IMG/VR virus record: IMGVR_UViG_3300038312_000193
DNA: 64,000 nt
Strand: one strand, 5' to 3'
From: a virus
In this document: positions 9,715 through 21,783 of the stretch, piece by piece
Layout of the letters: each line of letters starts with the position of its first letter
Position numbering within the stretch: the stretch's first letter is position 1
Position numbers and translations under genes: made by a program
The notes under the pieces: model-generated
Databases searched by the model: none
What the model saw: only the letters and a program-made list of their open reading frames with translations
Told to the model about the DNA's origin: nothing

Positions 9715-10803
9715 TTATACCATTACTTCCTGTTTATACTTCGGACTTTCACCATACATTTCTATTGCTTTATTTATCTGCTCCTGGAATTTTTCTGCCC
9801 CATGTTTATCTATCATTTTCTTTAGCTCTTCAAACACTTGTTTCTTAGTAATTCCATTTACAATTCTCAAACCACTTCTTGCTTCAGATATTTGCCAACA
9901 ATCTTCAAAGTTAGTAATAAACATGTTAAGACCGAATTTGTTATATGCTTCTGCCTGGATTTCTTCAAAGTGAGGAACTGGCACTCTAATATTGCGGTAA
10001 AAAGTTTGGATGTCCTTTTCATGCTTTTGTCTTTTTTTATAAGGTACTATACCTTTATATTGTGATTTTGTTATATTATTTAATATTTCATATGTGCCTT
10101 TATTGGTGGATGGTAGTTTAATCCCTGTTATATGATAAAACACTTTCTTACTGGTTTTATTCCCCAAATGTAACCAATCAATTAAACATTCTTTACACCA
10201 ATGACCATATTTAGAATCGTCAATGTTATCAATATAAACAAGCAACTTAATCATATCACCTTTAAAACTACCTATTTCATCTATCCATATATTTTGCATC
10301 AAAATCATTTTATTATTATCATTATAATTCTTTAATTGTTCATTTGTCCAAGATTGAAATCCAAATACTTTTTCTTCATGTTCTTTCTTCGTTTGCTCCT
10401 GTGCGAGTTTCTCACTTATTTGCTTTTCAATTTCTTTCTGGTTTCTTTCTTGTTCGTCCTTAATGAATGATTCAATTGTTACTTCATTAGTTAACTCCTT
10501 TAATATAAGATACACAGCAAAGTTATATAAAGTCTTTTCAATTGTCCAATATGAATTATCTTTTGTTTTTAAATGGTATTCGTCTTTAGGTTTTGTATTC
10601 CCTCCTATTTTCTTACTATAGTGTGATACATTTTCTTCAAATTTTGGTATATCACCTTCTATAACTTGATTAACTACAAATTGTTTATTGGTTAATACTG
10701 TGCCGTTATAGCGTTTTTTACTATCAAGCAATTTCTCTGCTCTGGCCTTTTCCATTGGTTTCATATTATCAGTAAATCCTAAATATGTATTATCCAAATT
10801 CAT
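9715..10803 (-). CDS. hypothetical phage protein (362 aa)
   Basis: Long ORF with SD AGGAGTGG. Confidence 0.7.
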   Translation of the reverse strand: MNLDNTYLGFTDNMKPMEKARAEKLLDSKKRYNGTVLTNKQFVVNQVIEGDIPKFEENVSHYSKKIGGNTKPKDEYHLKTKDNSYWTIEKTLYNFAVYLILKELTNEVTIESFIKDEQERNQKEIEKQISEKLAQEQTKKEHEEKVFGFQSWTNEQLKNYNDNNKMILMQNIWIDEIGSFKGDMIKLLVYIDNIDDSKYGHWCKECLIDWLHLGNKTSKKVFYHITGIKLPSTNKGTYEILNNITKSQYKGIVPYKKRQKHEKDIQTFYRNIRVPVPHFEEIQAEAYNKFGLNMFITNFEDCWQISEARSGLRIVNGITKKQVFEELKKMIDKHGAEKFQEQINKAIEMYGESPKYKQEVMV

Positions 10804-10816
10804 TTATCCCACTCCT

Positions 10817-11350
10817 TTACTGCTCATACGCACAAATAACTTTATCACCTAAATCAATTCCATATCCTTTCCCACTTGCCAGCGGTTTAATCATATCAAT
10901 AAACTTTGATTTAGTCTTATGTTCATTCCCTGCTATATCAATAAAATCTTGCCAGTAATTCCATGTGTCATATCTATTATTTATTGTTTGTTCTAAATAA
11001 CATACTAATGCTCTGTCGGCTGGTAACGAATATGAAGCATGGTTTGTTATATTCCCCTGTTCATCAATAGATTTAATAATTGAATTTTGATTATTCATTA
11101 TATACACTCCTTTTATATTTTAGTTTTAAAGGGAAGGATATTACACCTTCCCTTATGTAGTTTACTCAAACATTCCTTCTGCATCTTCTAATGCTACTAT
11201 TAAACCATCAAATTCCTCTCCTGGCATTATATCAGCTAACTCTGTAACAATATTCAGAGATATTGAATAATCATCTGCCATATATTTAAGATAATCTTCC
11301 CGGTTCTTATAACCATTTGCCTGAAAATCTTTCTCTGTTAGTTCGCTCAT
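10817..11350 (-). CDS. two small hypothetical genes (10817-11098, 11162-11350)
   Basis: ORFs with SDs, separated by the hairpin AAGGGAAGG...CCTTCCCTT. Confidence 0.6.
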
Positions 11351-11394
11351 TTAATACACTTCCTTTATGTAATATTTGTTTTTATCCTACATTT

Positions 11395-11423
11395 ATTTTA
11401 TACTTATATTGTAATGTTGTCAA
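11395..11423 (-). promoter_or_regulatory. sigma-A early promoter
   Basis: TTGACA-17-TAAAAT; shares TTGACAACATTACAATA with the promoter at 29558-29586. Confidence 0.75.
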
Positions 11424-11600
11424 CAGGAAAATGAGATAAATCATGATACAATGTCCACCATCAACCGTATAATAATTATAGGGTTTTAATTCTTCTGGAA
11501 TATCATCAAAATATTTAATTGGTTTTATCATATGTTTTATATCTTCTAAACTTTTTCTCATATCAAACTCTTCTCCTTTCTTTTCTATTGTTAAAAACTG

Positions 11601-11999
11601 TTACGCTTTAAAAATCGTTCTTCCTATTTTATGATTAATAACCTCTTGAATTTCATCATTTGTAAATACTGCTTCTGTTCCATTTTCTTCAGCCAACGCT
11701 TCAAATAATTCCTCTGATCTTTCTTGTAGTACAATATGCCATTTTTTTAAGGATTCAGGTGTAAATTCATGTAAAAATGTATTTTGTGTAAATATCGTTC
11801 CACTATTCAAAATACCAGAAAATTCATTAATATCATTATAAATATCAACATCAATTTTTTGTTTTCCTTCATGATCTAATCTATATTTTACAATCATAAT
11901 ATTTTTCATTTTCCCAAGCTTACCCGTGTTTTTAATAATTGCACGAGTGTAATTTAAAAATTTATTAGAATTCCCTGTTATTTTCATATTAACCTCCAA
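11601..11999 (-). CDS. hypothetical protein
   Basis: ORF with SD. Confidence 0.65.
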   Translation of the reverse strand: MEVNMKITGNSNKFLNYTRAIIKNTGKLGKMKNIMIVKYRLDHEGKQKIDVDIYNDINEFSGILNSGTIFTQNTFLHEFTPESLKKWHIVLQERSEELFEALAEENGTEAVFTNDEIQEVINHKIGRTIFKA

Positions 12000-12008
12000 C
12001 CTCCTATT

Positions 12009-13049
12009 TTACATTCTAATTTCTTTGCTAATTGGTGGAAACTTACTTAAATAGGCAATTGCTCTTTCTTCAAATTTTGTAAGTTCTCTTACATTATACC
12101 ATCCTTTTTCACTTTCAAACATCTGCCAATATTTTTTACCTGTTTCTTTATCTGCTGTTGCCAGCCCACCCTTTTCTAACCCTTTTCCCACAACATAATT
12201 CGGATTAACTGTATACCCAAAATCAAATATGTTTCTACATTGGAATTGTGCTTTTTCTTCTGTTGCCGGATCAATAATTTCAACTATAGCGTAAGGATCT
12301 TTTTCTTCACCTTGAGAATAACCCTTTTTAATAATTTTAACATTCATTGTTTTCTTTTCTTCTTCGAGTTTTTGTTTTACTGCATCCTCTTCTTTTTTCT
12401 TTTCAATTCTACCTTGCAAAATATCGGTTAATTTTATTTCAAATCCAGTAACAACAATATTTTTATAACCATGATATTTGTGTGATTCTTCGTTATATTC
12501 AGGGTTTAGGACATCTCCAAGATCTTCAATTGTGCCAACAGATTTTTTAATTTTTCTTTCAATGTATTCACAAGAATTTGATACCCATTCATCACTACCC
12601 ATTACCTGTTTAATAGCTTTTTTCATAATTTCTTGTTCAAGTCCATTTAAATCTTCAGGTAAATTTCTTATCCAAGGTTGATAATGAGGCCAATCACACC
12701 CAACAATTCCAAAATGAATATTCCTTTTTCCTTCTACTAATTCATTCACTACTTGATTTATGTTTTGTTCCCTTTCTGCTTTAAATTGTTCAAAAAGATT
12801 TTTAACTTCTGTTAATATGTTCTCTGGTAGTCCTACACCATTAACTTTTTTACCTTTTATTTTTACGTCATATAAACTCATTGCATTATGCTGCGGTAGG
12901 AATTCAGAATTATAATAGTAACCTTCGGGATCATGTTTGTTTTCATGGATACCTTCAATTTTATGCGCCATAACTAATTTACCATACTGATTAAGTCTAG
13001 GATTTTTAAAATAAAATTTAATCCCTTGTTTTTCAAATTCAAAATTCAT
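12009..13049 (-). CDS. hypothetical phage protein (346 aa)
   Basis: Long ORF with SD and a promoter-like sequence at about 13120-13149. Confidence 0.7.
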   Translation of the reverse strand: MNFEFEKQGIKFYFKNPRLNQYGKLVMAHKIEGIHENKHDPEGYYYNSEFLPQHNAMSLYDVKIKGKKVNGVGLPENILTEVKNLFEQFKAEREQNINQVVNELVEGKRNIHFGIVGCDWPHYQPWIRNLPEDLNGLEQEIMKKAIKQVMGSDEWVSNSCEYIERKIKKSVGTIEDLGDVLNPEYNEESHKYHGYKNIVVTGFEIKLTDILQGRIEKKKEEDAVKQKLEEEKKTMNVKIIKKGYSQGEEKDPYAIVEIIDPATEEKAQFQCRNIFDFGYTVNPNYVVGKGLEKGGLATADKETGKKYWQMFESEKGWYNVRELTKFEERAIAYLSKFPPISKEIRM

Positions 13050-13471
13050 TTAAATCATTCCTTTCATTTTGTTTGTTATTCCTGTTTTACTTCCGATTTT
13101 CCTGTTGACCTTATGATTAATTATATCATGTTGGCAATATTAAAATCAAGTGTTTTTATAATATATTTATTTTATTAATTTGATATTGAGTCCAAATGTA
13201 CTTTTTATAATCTTATTACAAAAGCTTCAAAAAAGTAATTAGTATCCTTAATTTCATAGTCTGCTAAATGTGTTACTTGCCTCAAAACTTCGCCAATAAA
13301 ACCAAATGCCACTTCTTTCCCGTCAACAAAAATTGATAAATGACTAGCATTAAGGTTGTTAAAATTTATATCTCTTAGTTTCATTTCTCCTGCCTCCTTT
13401 CAACATGAAATCTCCTTTTAAATCATCATGATAAATGCCTTGTTTGATAATGTTTTTATTTTATTAATATA

Positions 13472-13500
13472 ATTATATACTATCAATTTAATACTGTCAA
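13472..13500 (-). promoter_or_regulatory. sigma-A early promoter
   Basis: Perfect TTGACA-17-TATAAT. Confidence 0.8.
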
Positions 13501-13509
13501 CATGAATTA

Positions 13510-14268
13510 TTAACTTACTTTTCTTTTATTATATTTTCTTTTAGGTTTTCTATTTATTTCTTCAAATTGTTTGTAATCTTCGGTTAACCATTCAAATATT
13601 TTCTCAAGTCTTTCTTGTGTAAAATTTGAATTATTTTCATTATACCATTCATCTAAGGTAAACTTCCATTTCTGATCATTACAACTACCACAAGAAGGAA
13701 TACAATTATTTAACCCATCCCCTCCTTCATGATTAACATGTTCTTTATGTAAATCAATTTTTTGTGGTTCACCAGCATATATACGATAATGATTTTCTAT
13801 AGGAAGTCCACAATAAGCACATTGATAGTTAAAATATTTTTTACAAGCATCCCATTCTTGTTTGGTTATATTATGGTTTTTATGTCTTCTATCTTCATTA
13901 TATTTAATCATTTTTTCAGGATATTTTTCAAAATATCTTTCAAAATACCCTCTTTCTCTTAACCCTTTTTGAATTTTTCTTCTTGCAAATAATCTTTCTG
14001 GTTTCCTATCATATTTTCTTTGATTTTCTAATTGTTCTTCATAATTATCTCTCTGTCTTATATCTGCTCTAATAATTTCACATCTTTTACAAGATGGATT
14101 TAAACCATCTTTTTTATTTTTAACATTTGAATAAAAATATTCATTAGTACATAATAACCAATCATCTTCTTCTGGAAAATAAATTTGATGATTTACACAT
14201 TTTTTATATAAAACTCCATCTATTTCTTTATGATAATCTTCGTAATTATATTTCGTACCTCTTGACAT
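13510..14268 (-). CDS. HNH endonuclease
   Basis: CAYCG...LHKEHV...NCIPSCGSCNDQK; N-terminal Zn ribbon. Confidence 0.85.
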   Translation of the reverse strand: MSRGTKYNYEDYHKEIDGVLYKKCVNHQIYFPEEDDWLLCTNEYFYSNVKNKKDGLNPSCKRCEIIRADIRQRDNYEEQLENQRKYDRKPERLFARRKIQKGLRERGYFERYFEKYPEKMIKYNEDRRHKNHNITKQEWDACKKYFNYQCAYCGLPIENHYRIYAGEPQKIDLHKEHVNHEGGDGLNNCIPSCGSCNDQKWKFTLDEWYNENNSNFTQERLEKIFEWLTEDYKQFEEINRKPKRKYNKRKVS

Positions 14269-14287
14269 TTATTATATAATCCTCCTT

Positions 14288-14584
14288 TTATACTTCTTTT
14301 AAAAATTCTCTCACATCAAAATCAAACGCTACTGCCAAATGTAACGCTTGATCAAACATAGGAATATTATTAGCGGTAGGTGCTAACCAAGAATATACAT
14401 TCGGGGAGGTATATCCTAACTCAATTATTTGTTTTGGTTTAATACCATACTCGGTTAATATTCTTTTGAGATTCTTCTTTATTACTTGCCTATCAACTAA
14501 ATTATACCGATTAATTAATTCTAAAAACTCTCTTTGTGTTTCTAATTTGTTTATCTGGTTAATTCTTGTTTCTAGAGTTTGCAT
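14288..14584 (-). CDS. XRE-type HTH protein
   Basis: NLKRILTEYGI...VYSWL...P.FDQALHLAVAFD. Confidence 0.6.
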   Translation of the reverse strand: MQTLETRINQINKLETQREFLELINRYNLVDRQVIKKNLKRILTEYGIKPKQIIELGYTSPNVYSWLAPTANNIPMFDQALHLAVAFDFDVREFLKEV

Positions 14585-15096
14585 TATTGATACTCCCTTC
14601 TTTGCTTGTAAATTTATTATATCATAAAATTAATAAGTCCCAATATTACGGCATTTCACCTGCGACCAAACCCAGGATTTATAACGATTCTGTTATGCTA
14701 TTTTCTCAATTAACCAAACGCCTGAATGAAACCATGTTTCTTTTGCTATACCTAAATCAAAACAATCTTTAATCATTCTGGCAACATCTAAATCAAAATC
14801 GTTATCCTCTAACCAATTTCCTGCTGATCCCTCAAATACTATTTTATTATCGTTGGTTACTCTTATGTTCATCTGTTATACTCCTTTCAAATTTTATTTA
14901 ATTACCTTTTCGATTATATTTCTCCACTCTTCCACTCTTGATTGATAGGCAATTTTTTCAGCATCTTTTTTATTTTCAAATACATCAATAATCTTTAGTA
15001 CTTCGTTTTTAACTAATCCAATCACAATATAAACTTTTTTATTTTTCATTTTTCAACCTCCTGTTATTATAAAATGATTGATTTATCATGATTTTA

Positions 15097-15900
15097 TTAA
15101 ATATATGCCTCCCACCAAACCATCTCAAAATTAAATCCTCCAATTATAACCCCACATCTATCACAATAAAATTTATTACCTTCTTCACGCAAATAATCTC
15201 TTTGTGTCCAATACGCATCCCAACAATGTTCATTTTCTATGAGATAATCTATCAATTCTTGTTTGGTTTGAAAATGTTTCCACATTATTTATCACTCCCA
15301 TTTAAATTTATGCCATACACATCTTTAACCCATCTTTTAATTGTATGACTATAATTTATAAGTCCTTCCCAATTACAAACTTCATCAAATACCTGGTCTG
15401 GTGATAATTGATTAAATATATTATCTTTACTCTTATCTGTTGCCTCTAAATCTTCTCGTTGTCTTAACTTTTTAAGAATATACTCAGGATATGCCATAAT
15501 ATATCTAACTCCTTTTCATATTTTATTGGCTTAATGCCCATTCCCATTGACAAGTAGGAGAAATTTTACCATAACCATAAGGATGATCTATTAATATTCT
15601 ACTATCAATTATTGTTTTTATATACCTTAAACCTTGGCAGTATTCTGATATTTCTATAATAGGATTATATTCTATGTTATTACGATAAAAAGTACAGTTA
15701 TGAACATTAATACCCTGGATGTAACTTTGTACTATTTCATCTTCTTTAGTAACTTCACCTATACCAATATGATTAAATTGTCCACAAGCTGAAGTAATTA
15801 TATATTTGTTACCATTGTCCTTTTCAAAAATAAAATATGCTTTCTTGTTTATGTACTGGTTATCTAACAACCAATATAAGTATTTTTTTAAATTAATCAT
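15097..15900 (-). CDS. three small hypothetical early genes (15097-15285, 15285-15497, 15523-15900)
   Basis: Co-directional ORFs with SDs, below the promoter at 15934-15962. Confidence 0.65.
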
Positions 15901-15933
15901 TTAAACCACTCCTTTATAATTTATTATAGTTAT

Positions 15934-15962
15934 ATTATAAAGGAGTGTATTCATATTGTCAA
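15934..15962 (-). promoter_or_regulatory. sigma-A early promoter
   Basis: Perfect TTGACA-17-TATAAT. Confidence 0.8.
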
Positions 15963-15994
15963 CATTATTTTCTTATTGTATTTATATTTTTATT

Positions 15995-16738
15995 CTAGTT
16001 ATACATTTCACCAAATGCTTTTGCCATATAAACAGGTACTCCATTACCTATCGCTTCGTATAAATTATAAATCCATTGTCCTTTAGTTTTATTTCTTCCA
16101 GTTTTACTATTAATTTCATTTAACCATTCTTCAGGAACATTATACCATTCTTTAGGTATTATAAAACCTTGATGATAAGCACATTCTTCTAAGGTTAGTC
16201 TTCTACCATAAAATCTACTTGCTCTACGTTTATCTTTAGTGCTACCTTTATATTCTGTTGCGGTAATACACGGACAAATATCTTTAAATGTTTTCTGATA
16301 ATCACTATATATATCGGGTAATTTATAATTCCCACCAATCATTCTATTCCTATTTTGAATTGGATGCTCAAGAAATTGTGCTGCATTAAATGGTTTACCC
16401 CAGGTTGGCATTCTCCCTTGAGGGATTACATTTTCAACCCACAAAATATCTTTTTTAATATTTAAACTCCAATTAAGAAAATCTCCTGCATATTTTGAAG
16501 TTGGTTCTCCTTGTGTTCTAGCGGAACTAAATTGTTGACATGGAGGGGATGCCCAAACAGCATCAAATTCCTTTAAATCAATTTGTGTTGCATCTGCTAA
16601 AATACAATTGCCACTACCTACAAATTTACTTAAATAATGTTTCCAAGGATCAAGTTCATATCCTGTACATTCATGTCCTGCTTGTTCTAATCCTAATCTA
16701 GCAAGACCTGCTCCATCAAATAATACTGCTATTTTTAT
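15995..16738 (-). CDS. Compact DNA cytosine-C5 methyltransferase (247 aa, AUA start)
   Basis: The in-frame extension contains VLFDGAG and WASPPCQ; then ENV, QNRNR, RRLT..ECA.HQGF and IGNGVP. Confidence 0.85.
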   Translation of the reverse strand: MKIAVLFDGAGLARLGLEQAGHECTGYELDPWKHYLSKFVGSGNCILADATQIDLKEFDAVWASPPCQQFSSARTQGEPTSKYAGDFLNWSLNIKKDILWVENVIPQGRMPTWGKPFNAAQFLEHPIQNRNRMIGGNYKLPDIYSDYQKTFKDICPCITATEYKGSTKDKRRASRFYGRRLTLEECAYHQGFIIPKEWYNVPEEWLNEINSKTGRNKTKGQWIYNLYEAIGNGVPVYMAKAFGEMYN

Positions 16739-16912
16739 ATGTATTTCCTCCTTTAATTATTATATTGTATTTTTAATGCATTAAATATTTTACACAATCA
16801 TCACTCCTTTATAAATAAAAATAGTATTAATTTCATTAGTTTTTTAAACTAAATCCACCAATACCATTAAAATATTTGGCGTTTATTATTTAATTATATA
16901 TTTATAATTAGT

Positions 16913-19900
16913 TTATTTAAAATTAACTCCTTGTTTTTTTAATATAGAAAAGATATTTTTTAACTGCCATTTTAAATTAATTCCTAATTCAATGGTCATT
17001 GTGTTATCATCCTCATCTGCAATGCTCATAAAATCCTGATATTCTGGTTGTAGTTTTAATGCTATTACATTTAGTTGTATTTGTAATGCTACATTCTTTT
17101 CATGTTCAAAAATCTTTAATACCTTTTTTGCTTTTTCTATTTCTTGTTTCAATTCATTATTTTCTTTTTTAAGTATTTCTAATTCTGTCATATTAGTCAT
17201 CTCCTTTAAAAATCGTTTATTAACTATATATATTATAGTAGCAATATATATAGATTGTCAATCACATATTTATATTATGTTTATAATTTTTATTTAATTC
17301 CTTAATAACCAGGTTTTAATATTAATAGAATACATTGTTTGAACCAAACGATTCTTCTATGCTGTTATAGGTAATTCCCATTGATAAGTATTTTCAGTCC
17401 ATTTATAACCTAATTCTATTAAGAATATATGAAAAAGTTCTTCTACCTTATCCCATAATTTTTCTTCGTTATCGGTAGTTATTTCTGCACATTTTGTGTA
17501 AATATAATTATATTGTTCATTACTTAAATTTACTTTTTCATAATCTTCGCTATTTTTGGTAGATTCTAATATTTCCGTTGCTCTTTTATTCATTATTAAC
17601 CCCACCTTTCTGTTATACATCAAATACCTATTTGGTTTACTTCCAACTGGCTACACATCCTAAATGAGATATTAAATAATCTTCGTTGGCAAATCTAAGT
17701 GTATAGCTTTTAAAGGATGTATTTTTAAATGATATTTCATTAGAATTTTTTAAATAAGTTAATTTGAAACTTGCGAAACTTCTTGATTTATAATTTCTTT
17801 TTGCAATAATGCTGTTATCTACTATTTCAAAATTATGTGATTTTACATGTTCTTTTAAGTATTCATACATTTCATTTATATTTTTCATTTTATCCTTCCT
17901 TTCAACTCATGACCAACTCTGAATTTTATACTAACACAACATTTATACACTTAGGGTAAATTTTATCTTCTCCAATGACAAGTAATGAGTACCATTTATT
18001 ATTTTTAAACCACATGCCAATATATAAATCCTTTAAAGTTTCAAGTTTCCAGTCTGTTATTATTTTTATGTTATTATTATCTGTCATTTGCAATTCATAC
18101 TCATTAAATTGTTCTTGATATTTATCGTATTTTTCACTAATCATTATATACAGTTCTTTTGCTTTGGTTTTTGATGTAAAAGGTATTTCAAAAACTACTT
18201 TTCCATCAAAGTAATGTAATCCTTGCAGTATATACGATCCTCTTTTAGAAGAATCTTTTATTATGTTAAACATACTTATATTTTTGTTCTGATAGTTAAA
18301 ACCTTTTACCAAACAATTAACTTTATATCCTGCATGATAAAATGGTTTTGTTCCTGCATATATACTTTTACCTTTAATAATATTAATTACTTCTCTAGAT
18401 ATTTCCCTTAATTCCTTTTCAGTAAAAAAATTTAAACCTTCCATTTTTAACACTCCTTCAATCTCTTTTATTCTTACTTATGCTCCATTTTCCAAAACTT
18501 AAATCATGATAAAAAAGTTATTTGGTTTTGTTATATTTAGTATATCATATCCGCAACATGAAAGCAAGTACTAATTTTATATTTTATAAATAATTATGCT
18601 ACTTTTTTGGTTTTATTGGTCTGTTTGTAATCTGCTATTATATTTACATCCTGGTTCTTTATCGGATCATGCCATAAATATTTTACTGTTAAGGCACATA
18701 CACCAATTAATATCCATCCTGCTATGGTATATAAGGTTAATATTGTTGCTGTGTTTATGTAATCCTGCGTTGTAATTATCATCCCTATCATTGTATTTAT
18801 ACCTCCTTATATAAATCCTTCCCAGGTTTTAAACCATTCTGAATAATCATAAAGTAAACCACTTTTGTTATAGCAATTTTTTATTACTATTCTGTTCCAA
18901 TTTACTTCTCCACTTTTAAATAAGTCTATAGATACCATACAATCAAGAATACATTGACGGTCTTTATAGATTAATAAGGATTGAGGTTTTAATGTGTAAT
19001 AATCTGCTACAAGTATGGCCTGTTGTAATTCTTCGGGCAGATCATCCCAATTCTCTGTAATAGTTTTTAATTGTTCTGTGGGATGTGATAAGTTAATTAT
19101 TGTTATTGACATTTGTTATACCTCCATCCGTTTTAATCTTTTTTTAATCAGATTTAATTCATCTTGAAAGAATTTAATCTGGTTAGGGTTATTTTCTTCT
19201 TGATGATATTTAATTGCTCCCTCAGTATAACCTTTACGATATAATAATTCCTCTTTGCTCAAACTTTTAACTGTGTTATATGCATATGAATTTTTATATT
19301 CAATTTTTTCATAACCTATATCATTCATTCGATATACCTCCAATATTTTTATATTAAGGTTTTTGTGCAGAACCTTTAAAACTGCTCTGTTATTGCTTTA
19401 AAACAACCTTGTATATAATCCTGTTACTGAGGTAAAAATGTCTTCTAACATATCGGCATAAACATCTTTGTATTCCTTAATGATTACAATCTCTTCATCA
19501 TAAATTTTAATTCCCATTGCTTTATACTCTGGTGTTTTACATTCAGGTTTTAAAGTCTTTTTAATTCTGCTGAATGTCAAGTTATAGAGATCAAGGCCAT
19601 TAAGTTGTATTTTAAGATACTGAGCCTTTGAATTATTCCTGGTTAGTTTGATGACAAGATATACATACCCTAAATCATCATAACCGTAATACTGGAATTT
19701 ACTGCCTGTCATTATTAAAAACTTACTACCTCCAATTTGTTGAATTATTGTTCTGTAATCACCTATTCTAATTTCATTCTGTTCTGTTATTGCCATTATG
19801 TAAAACCTCCTTATAATCCCCATTTTGCAATTTCAATTTGTGTATGTTTCCGTAGTAAGTAATTAGTACAATCTGTTATTAAACTTTTGAGCCATTTTAT

Positions 19901-20613
19901 CGCCAGTTCTTCATTCCAATCTAATTTTAATTCATAATCTTCAATTTGGTATTCGAGAAATTGCAAGGATTTTAAAACCTGTTCTACGGTCTTGTAATCG
20001 TCTGTTATTTCTCTTTGCATCATTACCTTATAAATAAAATCATCCTTTGTATATACCTGTTCTGCCTGATCATCTTTATATCTGTTATTCCATGATTTAA
20101 CATTCAAGCAATGTAAATAAAATAACTGTTCGGCTCTTTCTTCTGGAAATTCTGTATGTCTTTGTATAAATTCCATCTCACACATTCTAAACATTTGGAT
20201 ACCGTTTAGTAATCTTGTGTATCCTTTTAAATCATCAATCAAAATAACACTCATTGTTATACCTCCTTTTCTATCGCCCAATCTGTCCATGAATCTCTTT
20301 CAATCACAAATAACTGGTTGTTAATCTTTATCTCTATTCCGTCTTTTAACGGACAATCTGGTTCACCTGTAAATGTATTCCAATGATTGACATAAACACC
20401 TTTTGAATATCTATCATTTATATGTCTACTGTACAATCTGCTTGTATTCTTATCTTTGTATATCTCCCTGCAATAACCTTCTTGGTTTTCGATTTTGATT
20501 AAATCTAACATTCGCATACACTCCTTATATACTTTATTTATATTATTAATATGATTAATATATAATAAAATACATACTGTCAACATGTAATTATTTTGAT
20601 TTTTATACTTCAT
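16913..20613 (-). CDS. cluster of ten small hypothetical early genes (16913-17200 ... 20257-20512)
   Basis: Tightly packed ORFs with GGAGG SDs; one membrane protein (18594-18791). No recognisable families. Confidence 0.65.
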
Positions 20614-20655
20614 ATTTAAAGGGATGTTACAACATCATAACACCCCTTATAACTT

Positions 20656-21693
20656 CTATGCTATTTCTTGTTCTCCTTGCACCTGTTCTTGTTTTCCTTG
20701 CCATTCTTCAAATAATTCCTGTAATCCATTTAACCTTCCATTAACTCTTTCTTTTTTTGTTGATCCTGCGCCACAATTATTTTTATAAGCATCTCCTGGT
20801 TTACTGTTTTTACTGTACCATGTAATGAAGTTTGTAGATTCATGTTTACTCTTTTGGGTATTTAAAAATCCTACCATAGACGTTATGTTAATCTTAGTGC
20901 AGAATTTATTATATTTATTGTTAAAGCTATCTGCTATTACTGTAAATAATTCCTCTGTGCGGTTTAATACTTCATCTGTTATTGTGTTGGTCACAAAGAA
21001 TTTTTCAACATCCTTTGCTGCAAAGGTACAAAAATCAAGTCCTGATACTAAGATAATTGATTGAAGTATAGTCATTTGTTTATCTGATTTCTTTATTGCT
21101 CCTGGTGTAAAGTGAGCAACATCGGTAAATAGTTTATGTTCTGTTATCATTCTCTTAACAAATTCTCGTACATTTTTCTTAGCTGATACTAAAGCAAGAT
21201 GCTCTTTACTTACGACTTTACCATTATTCAAACGATAAAAAATATCATTTACGATTGATTCTTCATCATCATTATCGTCAAGTTCGATAAGTTTAAAGGC
21301 CAACATGAAACTTTTGATTTCATCCTGCACTTCTTCTGGTAGTTCTGAAAATTTCTTACCAGAGATATTGAATTTTTCACCTGTAGATTCAAGTTTGATT
21401 TGTGGGAGTTCTGTAAGCTGCCATTCATCGTTAATAAAAGAGTGAATAATAGTAAGACGTTGGAGGCCATCAATAATACTGTAAGTATTCCCTGATTCTT
21501 GTTTCTCTTGTATGGCATAAATATCAGGCACAAACATTTCTAAAATAGAATGGATTAACAATGACTTATCTTCATTTTTCCATTGTCCTGCTGGTCTTTG
21601 CACAGGATTATCAAAAACTATAGTTCCTTTATTAATCATTGTGCTAACCTGCTTTACTGACCATGATAAACTTTTTCTTTGCATTCCGAACAA
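20656..21693 (-). CDS. DUF262 (ParB/Srx-fold, GmrS-like) domain protein
   Basis: FDNPVQRP..W, LLIHSIL, IIDGLQRL and FYRLNNG; no C-terminal HNH. Confidence 0.85.
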   Translation of the reverse strand: MFGMQRKSLSWSVKQVSTMINKGTIVFDNPVQRPAGQWKNEDKSLLIHSILEMFVPDIYAIQEKQESGNTYSIIDGLQRLTIIHSFINDEWQLTELPQIKLESTGEKFNISGKKFSELPEEVQDEIKSFMLAFKLIELDDNDDEESIVNDIFYRLNNGKVVSKEHLALVSAKKNVREFVKRMITEHKLFTDVAHFTPGAIKKSDKQMTILQSIILVSGLDFCTFAAKDVEKFFVTNTITDEVLNRTEELFTVIADSFNNKYNKFCTKINITSMVGFLNTQKSKHESTNFITWYSKNSKPGDAYKNNCGAGSTKKERVNGRLNGLQELFEEWQGKQEQVQGEQEIA

Positions 21694-21723
21694 CTCCTTT
21701 TAATTAATTTCTATCTTATGTTT

Positions 21724-21752
21724 ATTTTATACCTTTGGTTTCATGTTGTCAA
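21724..21752 (-). promoter_or_regulatory. sigma-A early promoter
   Basis: TTGACA-17-TAAAAT. Confidence 0.75.
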
Positions 21753-21783
21753 CATTAAAATAAGAATAAACGATAATTATTTT

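Noticed and set aside
20656-21693. Complete GmrSD type IV restriction enzyme
   Set aside because: No DUF1524/HNH domain or partner gene.
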